A DNA stretch of 64,000 nucleotides from an archaeon. Its GTDB lineage: Archaea; Nanobdellota; Nanobdellia; Woesearchaeales; GW2011-AR15. Shown piece by piece: positions 8,512-19,399 of this stretch. Positions within the stretch are counted from its first letter, which is position 1. Each line of letters opens with the position of its first letter. The position numbers and the translations under genes are program-made. The stretch spans positions 4,703 through 68,702 of the forward strand of contig JABHXU010000001.1 in the NCBI GenBank assembly GCA_018657065.1. The letters are read 5' to 3'. The notes under the pieces were generated by a model that saw only the letters and a program-made list of their open reading frames with translations, was not told the origin of the DNA and did not search any database.

Positions 8512-9477
8512 TTAATTTCTAAATTGAATATTATTCCATTCCATTAATTTAAGGATAGAATAAATTCCACCAATTAAATAGAATTTGTTTAAATTTCCAT
8601 TTCCTATTAAACTTGAATGAGCAAGTGCAGCAAATAAAACAGGATATGCTAAATATTGAATTTTTTTCCAGTTTTTACTGAATAATTTCATAGAAAGGTT
8701 ATTTGATGTAATTCCTAAAATTATCATGCCTATACCACTTATACTTCCCCAAAACAAATAAGGTGTTTTAAACATCTCTAAAATTGTCAGACTTTTAGTA
8801 ATAAAAAGACCTGCTGAGTGAATTAAAAAAAACCAAAAACTAGCAACACCTAATTCTCTTCTATATCCAACAACTCTAGTAAATAATGGATTTGAAAAAA
8901 TTTTTGAAATTGGTTTAGATAAAAGTAAAAAAACTAATAGCCTTTCTGCCCATTCACCTAATTCTTTGAAATATGAATTTTCTGGAAAAATAATTCCTAG
9001 AGTTATTAAAATCAGTGGTAGGATATAATAAATAAGATTTCTGGCAATTGATTTTATTTTATTTTTTCTTTTAAAAAAACTAGATATGATCAAAAATAGA
9101 GCTAAAGAACTTGAAATAATACTATATATTTTTGGTAGATAAAACCAATTGACTTTTGTTTTTTTTGTATTTGCATTTTTTACAAATTCTTGTTTTTCTT
9201 CAAAGTTTAATTGTTCCCAATTTTTTGGTTTTTCTACACCTAAATAATCAAAAAAGCCAGATATATCTGCGTCTCCTTTGTATTTTCTTCCATCTTTTGG
9301 GTAAATTCCTTTATTTTGTAAAAACGTATGTTTTTGTTGTTCATTCCATGAGTTCCATTCACTAGGTTTTTCTAATCCAACTGATTCTAATATTGAATCA
9401 ACACCAGTCCCAGACCCTGCTATTACAAAAGTAGTTAGAATAACAATTAATATTGTAAAAATCAATAGTTTTCTCAT
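8512..9477 (-). CDS. Membrane protein, ferric-reductase-like TM domain (MsrQ/YedZ-like) with an N-terminal extracellular domain
   Basis: Signal peptide plus ~110-aa soluble region, then a 6-TM core with RRELGVASFWFFLIHS. Confidence 0.4.
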   Translation of the reverse strand: MRKLLIFTILIVILTTFVIAGSGTGVDSILESVGLEKPSEWNSWNEQQKHTFLQNKGIYPKDGRKYKGDADISGFFDYLGVEKPKNWEQLNFEEKQEFVKNANTKKTKVNWFYLPKIYSIISSSLALFLIISSFFKRKNKIKSIARNLIYYILPLILITLGIIFPENSYFKELGEWAERLLVFLLLSKPISKIFSNPLFTRVVGYRRELGVASFWFFLIHSAGLFITKSLTILEMFKTPYLFWGSISGIGMIILGITSNNLSMKLFSKNWKKIQYLAYPVLFAALAHSSLIGNGNLNKFYLIGGIYSILKLMEWNNIQFRN

Positions 9478-9569
9478 TTTTAGTTAAGTTAGAGAATTAT
9501 ATTCTTATTTATTATTTATGTTTGATATTAATAATAAATTATTTATAATACTCACGCTATTAAACTCTC

Positions 9570-9941
9570 ATGACTGAAATGCTTAAAGATGTATATGAAA
9601 TGTTGAAAATTGATAGAAAAAATTCTGCTTGGTCTGCTAAAAATACTATGGAATTTAGATTTGCAGAATTAAAAAGTGAGATTAATGAGCTTAATGAAGC
9701 TTTAAAAAATCAGGATGTTGAAAATCTAAAAGAAGAAATTGGAGATTCAATTGGAGATTTATTATTTTTAATAGTAATTGCTGAAGAATATGGGTATTTT
9801 TCTTTGAAAGAAGTCATAGAAACATACTTTGAAAAGTTTAAACGGCGAAAACCTTGGATTTTTTCAGGTGAAAAATTAACAATTGAAGAAGAAATGAAAA
9901 GATGGAGAGAGACCAAAATTTTAGAAAAAAACAAGAAATAA
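9570..9941 (+). CDS. MazG-family nucleotide pyrophosphohydrolase
   Basis: EEIGDSIGDLLFLIVIAEEYG fits the MazG EExxD/E helix motif. Confidence 0.6.
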   Translation: MTEMLKDVYEMLKIDRKNSAWSAKNTMEFRFAELKSEINELNEALKNQDVENLKEEIGDSIGDLLFLIVIAEEYGYFSLKEVIETYFEKFKRRKPWIFSGEKLTIEEEMKRWRETKILEKNKK

Positions 9942-10118
9942 TTTTTTCTTTATTAATGTTTAATTTCAATTAAATTAATGTGTTTTTATGTGTAATTTTA
10001 TGTTTATAAAGTTAAAAAACAAATCTAGTATACAAATGTCTATTGTTTTCCTCAATAAAATACAAAGGTTTAAAAAGCCCTGATTTTTCCTCTAGAATAC
10101 TTTTTGGAAGGTATGTAA

Positions 10119-10220
10119 ATGAAAAGAAGCTCAAGACGATGGAAGAAAAAGCGCCAAATGCGTTGGAAATGGCAGAGAAAACGAATGAAGAAAGAAAAGA
10201 GAAAAAGAGCTCAGAAATAA
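10119..10220 (+). CDS. rpl41e: Ribosomal protein L41e (eL41), 33 aa
   Basis: Hand translation gives MKRSSRRWKKKRQMRWKWQRKRMKKEKRKRAQK, the W/K/R-rich eL41 signature, with GGAAGGT 10 nt upstream. It is absent from the ORF track (<60 aa) and overlaps a spurious 78-aa ORF in another frame. Confidence 0.65.
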   Translation: MKRSSRRWKKKRQMRWKWQRKRMKKEKRKRAQK

Positions 10221-10225
10221 TAAGG

Positions 10226-10236
10226 TTTATATACGA
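10226..10236 (+). promoter_or_regulatory. Putative rRNA-operon TATA box (gtttatatacg)
   Basis: TATA-like element about 200 nt upstream of the 16S 5' end. Confidence 0.25.
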
Positions 10237-10433
10237 GAAATTATTCCAAGAAATATCAGCTCCAACATTCTGTTCATAAATGTATACAGGATTTTTTAAT
10301 CTTGTATGAAGAAGGTATTTGGTTATGTATGCGAACTATTAACGCACAATTAACCTTAAGAACGTACTACAGCAAATAATAATCAGGATTATGTGCCGGA
10401 TAGAGCGGCAAGTAACAATTCTATCCAAAAACA

Positions 10434-11904
<1,471 letters not shown>

Positions 11905-12023
11905 TTATTTTCTTCTAGAAGATAAAAAATTAACAACGCAATGTTTGCGCAAAAACCAAATACCTTTTTATTTTCATAATTGTATTGGAAATTTTTAAAA
12001 TTTCAATACAACTTATCATAAAT

Positions 12024-12131
12024 GGGCTCGTAGCTCAGTCTGGCTAGAGCGCCGCCCTTGCAAGGCGGAGGCCTCGGGTTCAATTCCGATTCCAGTACTT
12101 GCTTGGATCGGTGAAAGTCCCGACGAGTCCA
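12024..12131 (+). tRNA. tRNA-Ala (TGC) in the 16S-23S spacer, with a 33-nt non-canonical intron in the T-loop (about 12086-12118)
   Basis: Exons give a perfect 73-nt cloverleaf with the G3:U70 alanine identity pair (GGGCTCG/CGAGTCC). Removing ccgattccagtacttgcttggatcggtgaaagt restores T-stem TCGGG/CCCGA. Confidence 0.75.
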
Positions 12132-12394
12132 CTTTATATTCACAAAACAAGTTTAAGGTTGAAAACAATCTTAAACAATCACAAATAATCAAGATCATTA
12201 TTCAATTAATGAAAACCAGCTTAGCAATTGAAACCTGTTAATCTGTAGGTATAGATAGCGAGGACAATTCGTCCGACCAAATGTCAGAAATGCAAATTTC
12301 TGTTCATGTTCAACAAACTTAAGTTTTTGACCTAAGAATGTTGACAAATTCATAATCATAGTTATCGATGAAACCATGCATAGATAGAGTGTAA

Positions 12395-15288
12395 TTATAC
12401 TATTAGGTGGATGACTAGGCTCATATTGGTGATGAAGGGCGTGGCAAGCTACGATATTCTCAGGCTAGGTGCATGCAACCGTTGAACCTGAGGTTCCTGA
12501 ATGTGACTTCACTAATAAATCCGTAAGGATGGCAATACGCAGGGAATTGAAGCGTCTTAGTACCTGCAGGAAAAGAAATCAATCGAGATGCTGTTAGTAA
12601 CGGCGAGTGAAAACAGTATAAGGCAAACAGATCCTTTGCAGTAATGTAACGGAGATGACGTGTTTGGACTGCTTTTACCTCCTTTTTTGTGACTTGAATA
12701 CTTCTGGAAAGTTGAACCATAGAGGGTGATAGTCCCTTAAAGCAAGTAAAAAAGGAATTTAGCAGTATCCAGAGTACCGTCTATTGGATATTAGGCGGGA
12801 ATTTGGGAGGCATCAACTTCCAACCTTAAATACAAAATGAGTCCGATAGCGTACGAGTACCGTGAGGGAAAGTTGAAAAGAACCCGTAACAGGGAGTTAA
12901 AAGCGCCTGAAACCTAATAGTTACAGTGAGGTACGGCTCTTAGGAGTTGTACCGTGCGTTTCGAATAACGTGCCAGGGAGTGTATTTTTATGGCGAGGGT
13001 AATCCTTTTAAGGGAGGACCCGCAGGGAAACCAAAAGTCCGCAGTTTACAAGGGACAAGGTGTGAATAGTGCCTTTGAGTCATAGGGATACGATCTGAAG
13101 CCGGGTGATCTTACCCAGGTCAAGGTGAAGCCCCCCTAAGAAGGGGTGGAGGCCTGAAGGGGTTCTGTGAACAAGCGTTCCTCTGAACTTGGGCAAGGGG
13201 TGAAAAGCCAATCGAACCCGGCGATAGCAGGTTCCTGCCAAAATTGGCCGTAGTCAAGCCTCGATCGAGATGGCAATGAAGGTAGAGCTACGGATTTAGG
13301 ATTTAGGGGGAGAAATTCCTCGGTTCTTTGTCCAACTCCGAATTTCATTGTATTGTAGACATCGGGAAACAGGTAATGTGGGGTAAACCTCATTACCGAA
13401 AGGGGAACAACCCAAACTATAGTTAAGGCCCTTAAGTGCTAATTAAGTGTTAAAGGGTGAAGAGTGTTATTAGCCTCAGACAGCAAGGAGGTTGGCTTAG
13501 AAGCAGCCACCCTATAATAAGTGCGTAACAGCTTACTTGTCAAGGTTAGTAGCCTCGAAAATGGACGGGACTAAATTAGTCGCCGATACTATAGACCTTC
13601 GAAAGAAGTGTGGTAGGCAGGCATCCTGGTTGGGTAGAAGCATGTTTGAAAAGATATGTGGACCAACTTGGAATGAGAATCCTGGCGGTAGTAGGAACAT
13701 AGTACTGCGAGAATCAGTACCGCCGAAAGGGCAAGGGTTCCTTGACAATGCAAATCAGTCAAGGGGTAATCGATCCTAACCAATCTCCTAATTGGAGTAA
13801 TGGGAAAGGGAAACAGGTTAATATTCCTGTATTACTTTAGTATGTGCGGCAACGCAAGTTATAATCCTGACTCTTCTGGCTAGACCAACATATTTTGTCT
13901 AATATGTTAATGAAGTAATATCAAGGGAGTATCGTAATGATGAGAACTTGATCGCGCTCAGAATAGTTTTCTGTATAGAAAATTTGGTTGATGCCTGGAG
14001 ACCGTGAAAAGGGATAATAAATAAACCTTTAGTATTCGTACCCAGAACCAGCACAGGTGCCCCTAGGTGAGAAGCCTCAGGTGTGAAGGTTAAATTTAAT
14101 TGAGGGAATTCGGCAAAATAGCCCCGTAGCTTCGGTTTAAGGGGTCCCTGCGGTTGTGCATGTATTTGTGCGATTGCAGGGTGCAATGACTCGGGAGGTC
14201 CGACTGTTTAACAAAAACTTAACGTTCTGCTAGTCTGCAAAGATGTGAATAGAACGTGACACCTGCCCAGTACCAGTAATTTAATCTCCTTTTCAAGGGA
14301 GTGAAGATCTGGCAAACGGCGGGAGTAACTATAACTCTCTTAAGGTAGCGAAATGCCTTGCCGTTTAATTGACGGCCCGCATGAGTGGTGCAACGAGATC
14401 TCCACTGTCCCCAGTTAAAAGCCACCGAACACTCTGTCTGGTGCAAAGGCCAGAGAATTCCAGTGGGAAGTGAAGACCCCGCGAAACTTTACTGTAGCCT
14501 GTAGTTGTGACGTGAGTTTTGATGTGTAGCATAGATGGGAGTTGCTAAAGCGTAGGCGCTAGTTTACGTGTAGACATCATTGAAATACCATCCTTTAAAA
14601 CTTACGCCGCTCACTCGAAAGAGGACCGCTATTGGTGGACAGTTTGGCTGGGGTGGCACCCTGTTGAAAAGATATCAACAGGGCCCTATGGTTAGCTCAA
14701 TCCGGTCAGAAATCGGATGTAGAGTGCAAGAGCAAAAGCTAGCCTGATTGGATTTTCAACTATACAAAATCCAACAACGAAAGTTTGGTCTAGCGAACTC
14801 TCGAACCTCCTTGATGGGGGTCGGGAATGACAGAAAAGTTACTCCGGGGATAACAGAGTTGTCCCGCCCAAGAGCTCATATCGACGGCGGGGCTTGCTAC
14901 ATCGATGTCGGCTCTTCCTATCCTGGCGGTGCAGAAGCCGCCAAGGGTGGGGGTGTTCACCCATTAAAAGGGATCGTGAGCTGGGTTCAGAACGTTGTGA
15001 GACAGTTTGTTTAATATCTACTGGAATTGTTTGATGTCTGAGAGGAAGGATCTTTTAGTACGAGAGGAACAAGGGTTCGGCGCCTCTGGTCCACCGGTTG
15101 TCTGATAAGGCATGCCGGGCAGCTACGCGCCAAGGGATAAGAGCTGAAAGCATCTAAGCTCGAAGCCCGCCTCGAAAAGAGATATCATGAGCTCCCAAAA
15201 AAGATGGGTTTGATAGAACAGGTGTGTAAGCGTCAAGGTAACGAGACGTTCAGCACGCTGTCACTAACCGCTTATACTCACTTTATAT
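12395..15288 (+). rRNA. rrl: 23S rRNA (ends approximate)
   Basis: 5' domain GGTGGATGACTAGGCTCATATTGGTGATGAAGGGCGTGGCAAGCTACGATA. Conserved blocks include GGATAACAGAGTTG, TCGATGTCGGCTCTTCCTATC and AGCTGGGTTCAGAACGTTGTGAGACAGTT. The sarcin-ricin loop lies at AGTACGAGAGGAAC. Confidence 0.85.
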
Positions 15289-15488
15289 TCTCTGCATGGT
15301 TTCATCTTTTTTTTTATTTTCCAAATAACTCTTTATTGAGTTTATTGGTAATAAAAAAAATTCTTTTTATTTTTTTGATGCAATTTTTTTTATTCATTGT
15401 TTTTTTTTATTCTAGCGAAAGCTTTTTTCCTAATAATTTTCTTTCAAAACATTTTTAAGTCCTATTAATTTTTTGCAGACGTATTAAC

Positions 15489-15500
15489 GGGCTCATAGCT
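15489..15500 (+). repeat. Duplicate of the first 12 nt of tRNA-Lys(CTT) (gggctcatagct), 91 nt upstream of the gene
   Basis: Exact 12/12 match to 15580-15591. Confidence 0.6.
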
Positions 15501-15579
15501 TAGCCATGGCAAATGGTTACGCTCATTTGATACGCAAAGTGGGTTTTCTCACTATGTTCGTCAAGCCCACAATATAAAA

Positions 15580-15702
15580 GGGCTCATAGCTCAGTCTGGT
15601 CAGAGCGCTCGCCTCTTATTGAAAACATAGTTTTCAAAACCTCATCAAACTTTGTTTTCAGAGGTAAGCGAGATGTCGAGGGTTCGAATCCCCCTGGGCC
15701 CA
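15580..15702 (+). tRNA. tRNA-Lys (CTT) with a 48-nt canonical intron (15619-15666) after position 37
   Basis: Exons 15580-15618 and 15667-15702 fold into a 75-nt cloverleaf (anticodon loop CTCTTA|A). Intron ends pair with anticodon-loop nucleotides (CTCT/AGAG) as expected for a bulge-helix-bulge motif. Confidence 0.7.
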
Positions 15703-15766
15703 TGGTTATTAAGCTGGACTTTAAGTCCAGCAGACATTAGCTGTCAACCGGTATCAGTTGGTGGCA

Positions 15767-15783
15767 ATCCCCCTGGGCCCATG
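15767..15783 (+). repeat. Duplicate of the last 15 nt of tRNA-Lys(CTT) plus 2 nt of flank (atccccctgggcccatg), 64 nt downstream of the gene
   Basis: Exact 17/17 match to 15688-15704. Confidence 0.6.
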
Positions 15784-15892
15784 AGTATATTAAAATAATT
15801 AATTAAGTTAGGCTCAATGTTTTTCACATTCTTTTTTAAGGGAGGTGCGGAGGGCAAAGTCCTCTGCTTAAATACTATAAAAAAATAAGGAG

Positions 15893-16186
15893 TTGATTAT
15901 TATGCCAACAAGAGTAAATGCAAAACATATATTAGTTAAAACACAAGAACAAGCAAAAGAAATTTTAAGTGAAATAAATTCAGGAAAATCTTTTGAAGAT
16001 TTAGCAAAATTAAAATCAATGTGTCCTTCTGGTAAAAAAGGTGGTGACTTAGGATGGTTTAGTCATGGCCAAATGGTTAAAGAATTTCAAAAAGCAGCTT
16101 TTTCATTAAAAAAAGGACAAATATCTGGACCAGTAAAAACACAATTTGGCTGGCATTTAATTAAAGTTGTTGACACAAAAGGATAA
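15893..16186 (+). CDS. Parvulin-type peptidyl-prolyl cis-trans isomerase (PpiC/PinA-like)
   Basis: AKHILVK...GGDLGWF...GPVKTQFGWHLIKV parvulin signature. AAGGAG Shine-Dalgarno 8 nt upstream. Confidence 0.75.
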   Translation: MIIMPTRVNAKHILVKTQEQAKEILSEINSGKSFEDLAKLKSMCPSGKKGGDLGWFSHGQMVKEFQKAAFSLKKGQISGPVKTQFGWHLIKVVDTKG

Positions 16187-16238
16187 TTTATCTAAAAAAG
16201 TAACATATATTATCTCATACTAATTTTTAATTTTTATA

Positions 16239-16691
16239 ATGAAATCATTAGTTGTATATTATTCAAGAACTGGAAATACTAAAAAAATAGCAAATGAACT
16301 TGCCAAAAGACTAAAATCAGATATTGATGAGATAAAGGATAAAAAATATATAAGCACTTTAGGACTATTAAAAATTTGTAAACAAGCTATGACACAAAAA
16401 ACTTCTGAAATAATATATTCAAAAGACCCAAAAAATTATGATTTAGTAATAATTGGTGGTCCAGTGTGGGCTTGGAACTTAATGCCTCAATTAAGAAATT
16501 ATTTGCTACAAAATAAAAAGAATATCAATAATTTTGCATTTTTTTTAACTCATGGAGGAAATTTTGGGAAAAATTTAGAACAAGTATCTAAAATAAAAAA
16601 ACCAATTGCAACTAAATGTTTTCTTGATAAAAAAATTAAAGCGGATAATTTTAAAAAAGAACTAGATGCATTTATTAAGGAATTAAAGTGA
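16239..16691 (+). CDS. Flavodoxin-like protein
   Basis: N-terminal VVYYSRTGNTKKIA FMN-binding loop. Confidence 0.55.
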   Translation: MKSLVVYYSRTGNTKKIANELAKRLKSDIDEIKDKKYISTLGLLKICKQAMTQKTSEIIYSKDPKNYDLVIIGGPVWAWNLMPQLRNYLLQNKKNINNFAFFLTHGGNFGKNLEQVSKIKKPIATKCFLDKKIKADNFKKELDAFIKELK

Positions 16692-16747
16692 TAATCTTTG
16701 AATTATATTCAAAAAATTTTTAAACTTTCTACTATTAAAATTATATA

Positions 16748-18136
16748 ATGAAGAATCCAGGTGAATATTTTTTTACTAAAGTTAGCTATTTATATATTTG
16801 GAGATTCATTGAATTACTCACAATTATAGGTGCAGCTCATTTTTTAAGTATTAATGAATTTAGTCTAGCTTTTTTTCCTATAATACTAGCTTATTTTTTT
16901 ATGAATTTTTTTGATTTAACTATTAAAGAACATAATCCTGAAAAAATAAAGCTTTTTTGTAATACTTTAAGTTTGATTGCTCCTTTGTATGGTATCTTTG
17001 TTGCATTGATTATTTTTATTATATCTTTACTTTACCCAATAACTATTCCATTAAGATATGCGAGTACTATTGCACTCTTTATTAGTTTTAAAAAAACAGC
17101 AGAAGTATATTTTACTTCAAAAAAAAGAAATGAAAGAATATACTTTGTAAATCTTATTTCACAAATTGTTTCAGCTATTTTAATGTTTAGTATGATTTAT
17201 TTTGGATATGAATCTCTTGCTGTCCTTGTTAGTTATTTAATTTACAATTTACTCACAACAATATTGCTCTGGGCTTTTTTTCCTTTTAAACTTAAATCCA
17301 AATTTAATAAAGAAGCGTTTGGAGAGATTTTGTTATCTTTAAAATCAAACTTGGAACTTAAATTTACAAGAAATATCAGTACTTATGCACCATTAATTAT
17401 AGTTGGATTTTTAAACAAAATTTATTTTAGTTATATTTTCTTAGGATTTTGGATTGGTTATTTTATGTATAATAACTTTACAATTTTTATTACAGATTTA
17501 TTTATGGACAGATTTAAGAATATGTCTTATGACATGTTTAAATATAATTTAGTAAAAATAACTGAATACTTATCCTTTTTGATTGTTCCATTATCATTAA
17601 TTAGTATGGTATTAATTCCTCAAATTTCTTCAATTATTATTCCATGGACTGGAGTTTCCGAAATACTATGGATGCTTCTTTTAGCTGGATTAATAAAATC
17701 AATTGCAGAAATATCTAGATTAGTGTTTATTGTAGAACCTAAACTTTTAGTTTTAGTGAAAATAACTTTAATTGAATTTGGTGTTTTATTTTTCTTTATA
17801 ATTATTCTAGGAAATTTTTTTGGATCATATGGTGTTGCTCTAGCAATGTTAATAACTTCAATTTTGATTTCAATTCTTTATTTACTAATTTCACAAAGAT
17901 TCATTAAATTGGATATAGTTACGGTTTCAAAGAATTATTTTTATATTGTATTTTCTGGCTTTTTATCAGCTCTTGCAGTTGGATTTTTAAAAGAATGGTT
18001 AAATGTACAAAATATTTATTCATTATTGGTTATTTATTTAATTGGTTTAGGTATATATGTAGTTTTAACGTTCTTATTCAATAAATCGTTTTATAGAATG
18101 TTTATACGATTTATTTTTGAGGTTTTAGAAGAATGA
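16748..18136 (+). CDS. Polytopic membrane protein (possible MOP-superfamily flippase)
   Basis: About 12-14 predicted TM helices; no catalytic motif. Confidence 0.35.
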   Translation: MKNPGEYFFTKVSYLYIWRFIELLTIIGAAHFLSINEFSLAFFPIILAYFFMNFFDLTIKEHNPEKIKLFCNTLSLIAPLYGIFVALIIFIISLLYPITIPLRYASTIALFISFKKTAEVYFTSKKRNERIYFVNLISQIVSAILMFSMIYFGYESLAVLVSYLIYNLLTTILLWAFFPFKLKSKFNKEAFGEILLSLKSNLELKFTRNISTYAPLIIVGFLNKIYFSYIFLGFWIGYFMYNNFTIFITDLFMDRFKNMSYDMFKYNLVKITEYLSFLIVPLSLISMVLIPQISSIIIPWTGVSEILWMLLLAGLIKSIAEISRLVFIVEPKLLVLVKITLIEFGVLFFFIIILGNFFGSYGVALAMLITSILISILYLLISQRFIKLDIVTVSKNYFYIVFSGFLSALAVGFLKEWLNVQNIYSLLVIYLIGLGIYVVLTFLFNKSFYRMFIRFIFEVLEE

Positions 18137-18480
18137 TAATAGAATTGCTGTTATCTTTATTACCTGGACTATTTATTGTTTTAATATTTTTTAAAAAAGA
18201 AGATTTTTTAACAAAATGTTTAATTTTTATTTTAAGTAATATTATGATCATGACTCTTTTAGGATTAGTTTTAGGTTTTAATGAGTTAACTTATAAAATA
18301 ACAGGTGGATTAACAAAAAAAAATTTAATTAGAGGTTATTTTTTTGTAAATTTGGTATTGCTTATGGTATATTTTATGAAAAGTAATTTAAGAAAGCAAT
18401 TCTTTCCTAGTGTAAATGGGAGATCTACCCTTCGAAAAAATAAAAAGAGAAATTCTTCTAAAAAAAGAAGCACAAACTAG
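18133..18480 (+). CDS. Small membrane protein, hypothetical
   Basis: Three hydrophobic segments and a basic C-terminus. Overlaps the flanking genes and may be spurious. Confidence 0.25.
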   Translation: MIIELLLSLLPGLFIVLIFFKKEDFLTKCLIFILSNIMIMTLLGLVLGFNELTYKITGGLTKKNLIRGYFFVNLVLLMVYFMKSNLRKQFFPSVNGRSTLRKNKKRNSSKKRSTN

Positions 18481-19399
18481 TGATAAGTTTGGGTTTTATC
18501 CAGAAAATAGAACTGTTGAGGAATTAATGCAATTTGGAGTAATTAATATTGATAAACCCGCAGGTCCAACAAGTCATCAGGTAAGTGCTTATTTACAAAA
18601 AATTCTAAACTTAGATAAAGCAGGTCACTCAGGAACATTAGATCCTAATGTTACAGGTGTTTTACCTATAACTCTTAATAAATCAACTAAAATTGTTCAA
18701 ACTTTACTTAAAGCTGGAAAAGAATATATTTGTTTAATGCATCTTCATAGACCAGTTGAAGAATTTGAATTATACAAAGTTTTTGAAAAATTTACTGGAA
18801 AAATTAAACAACTTCCACCTATAAAAAGTGCAGTTAAAAGACAAATTAGGGAAAGAAGAATCTACTATATTGAATTACTTGATATTATTGAACAAGATGT
18901 ATTGTTTAAAGTAGGATGTCAAGCAGGTACATATATTAGAAAATTAGTTCATGATATGGGGCAAGAATTAAAAGTTGGAGCTCATATGGCTCAACTTAGA
19001 CGAACTAAAGCAGGACCTTTTAATGAAACTTCACTTTTTACTTTACAGGATGTTTCTGATGCCTATTATTATTACAAAGAAAAAAAGAATGATAAATTTA
19101 TTAGAAGAGTAATAATGTCCATTGAACGAGCAGTTTCACATTTACCTAAAATTTGGGTGATTGATACTGCTGTAGATAGTTTATGTCATGGAGCATCACT
19201 AGCTGTTCCAGGAATATCAAAACTTGAAGCAGGAATTGAAATAGATGAGCTTGTTGCAATTTATACATTAAAAAATGAATTTATTTGCTTTGGAAGAGCT
19301 AAAATGTCCTCCCTTAAAATGATGGGAGAAAAGGGACTTGCAGTTAAAACAGACAAAGTAGTTATGGCTCCAGGAATATATCCAAGGTTTAATCGTTAA
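18416..19399 (+). CDS. cbf5: H/ACA RNP pseudouridine synthase Cbf5 (TruB family with PUA domain)
   Basis: INIDKPAGPTSHQV...GHSGTLDPNVTGVLP catalytic-Asp motif and a C-terminal PUA domain. Confidence 0.85.
   Translation: MGDLPFEKIKREILLKKEAQTSDKFGFYPENRTVEELMQFGVINIDKPAGPTSHQVSAYLQKILNLDKAGHSGTLDPNVTGVLPITLNKSTKIVQTLLKAGKEYICLMHLHRPVEEFELYKVFEKFTGKIKQLPPIKSAVKRQIRERRIYYIELLDIIEQDVLFKVGCQAGTYIRKLVHDMGQELKVGAHMAQLRRTKAGPFNETSLFTLQDVSDAYYYYKEKKNDKFIRRVIMSIERAVSHLPKIWVIDTAVDSLCHGASLAVPGISKLEAGIEIDELVAIYTLKNEFICFGRAKMSSLKMMGEKGLAVKTDKVVMAPGIYPRFNR

Noticed and set aside
10043-10279. 78-aa ORF in the track (MFSSIKYKGLKSPDF...)
   Set aside because: It is in a different frame from the convincing L41e reading at 10119-10220 and has no motif.
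15481-15570. Upstream segment starting gggctcatagct as an independent tRNA
   Set aside because: Its 3' end (caagccca) cannot pair with the 5' acceptor strand, and no T-loop consensus is present. It is treated as a partial duplication or leader.
15714-15730. Stem-loop ctgga-CTTTAAG-tccag that could be read as an anticodon arm with anticodon TTA (ochre suppressor tRNA)
   Set aside because: No D-arm, T-arm or acceptor can be built around it. The palindrome extends to 8 bp with a 1-nt loop, so it is a plain hairpin within the tRNA-Lys 3' duplicated segment.
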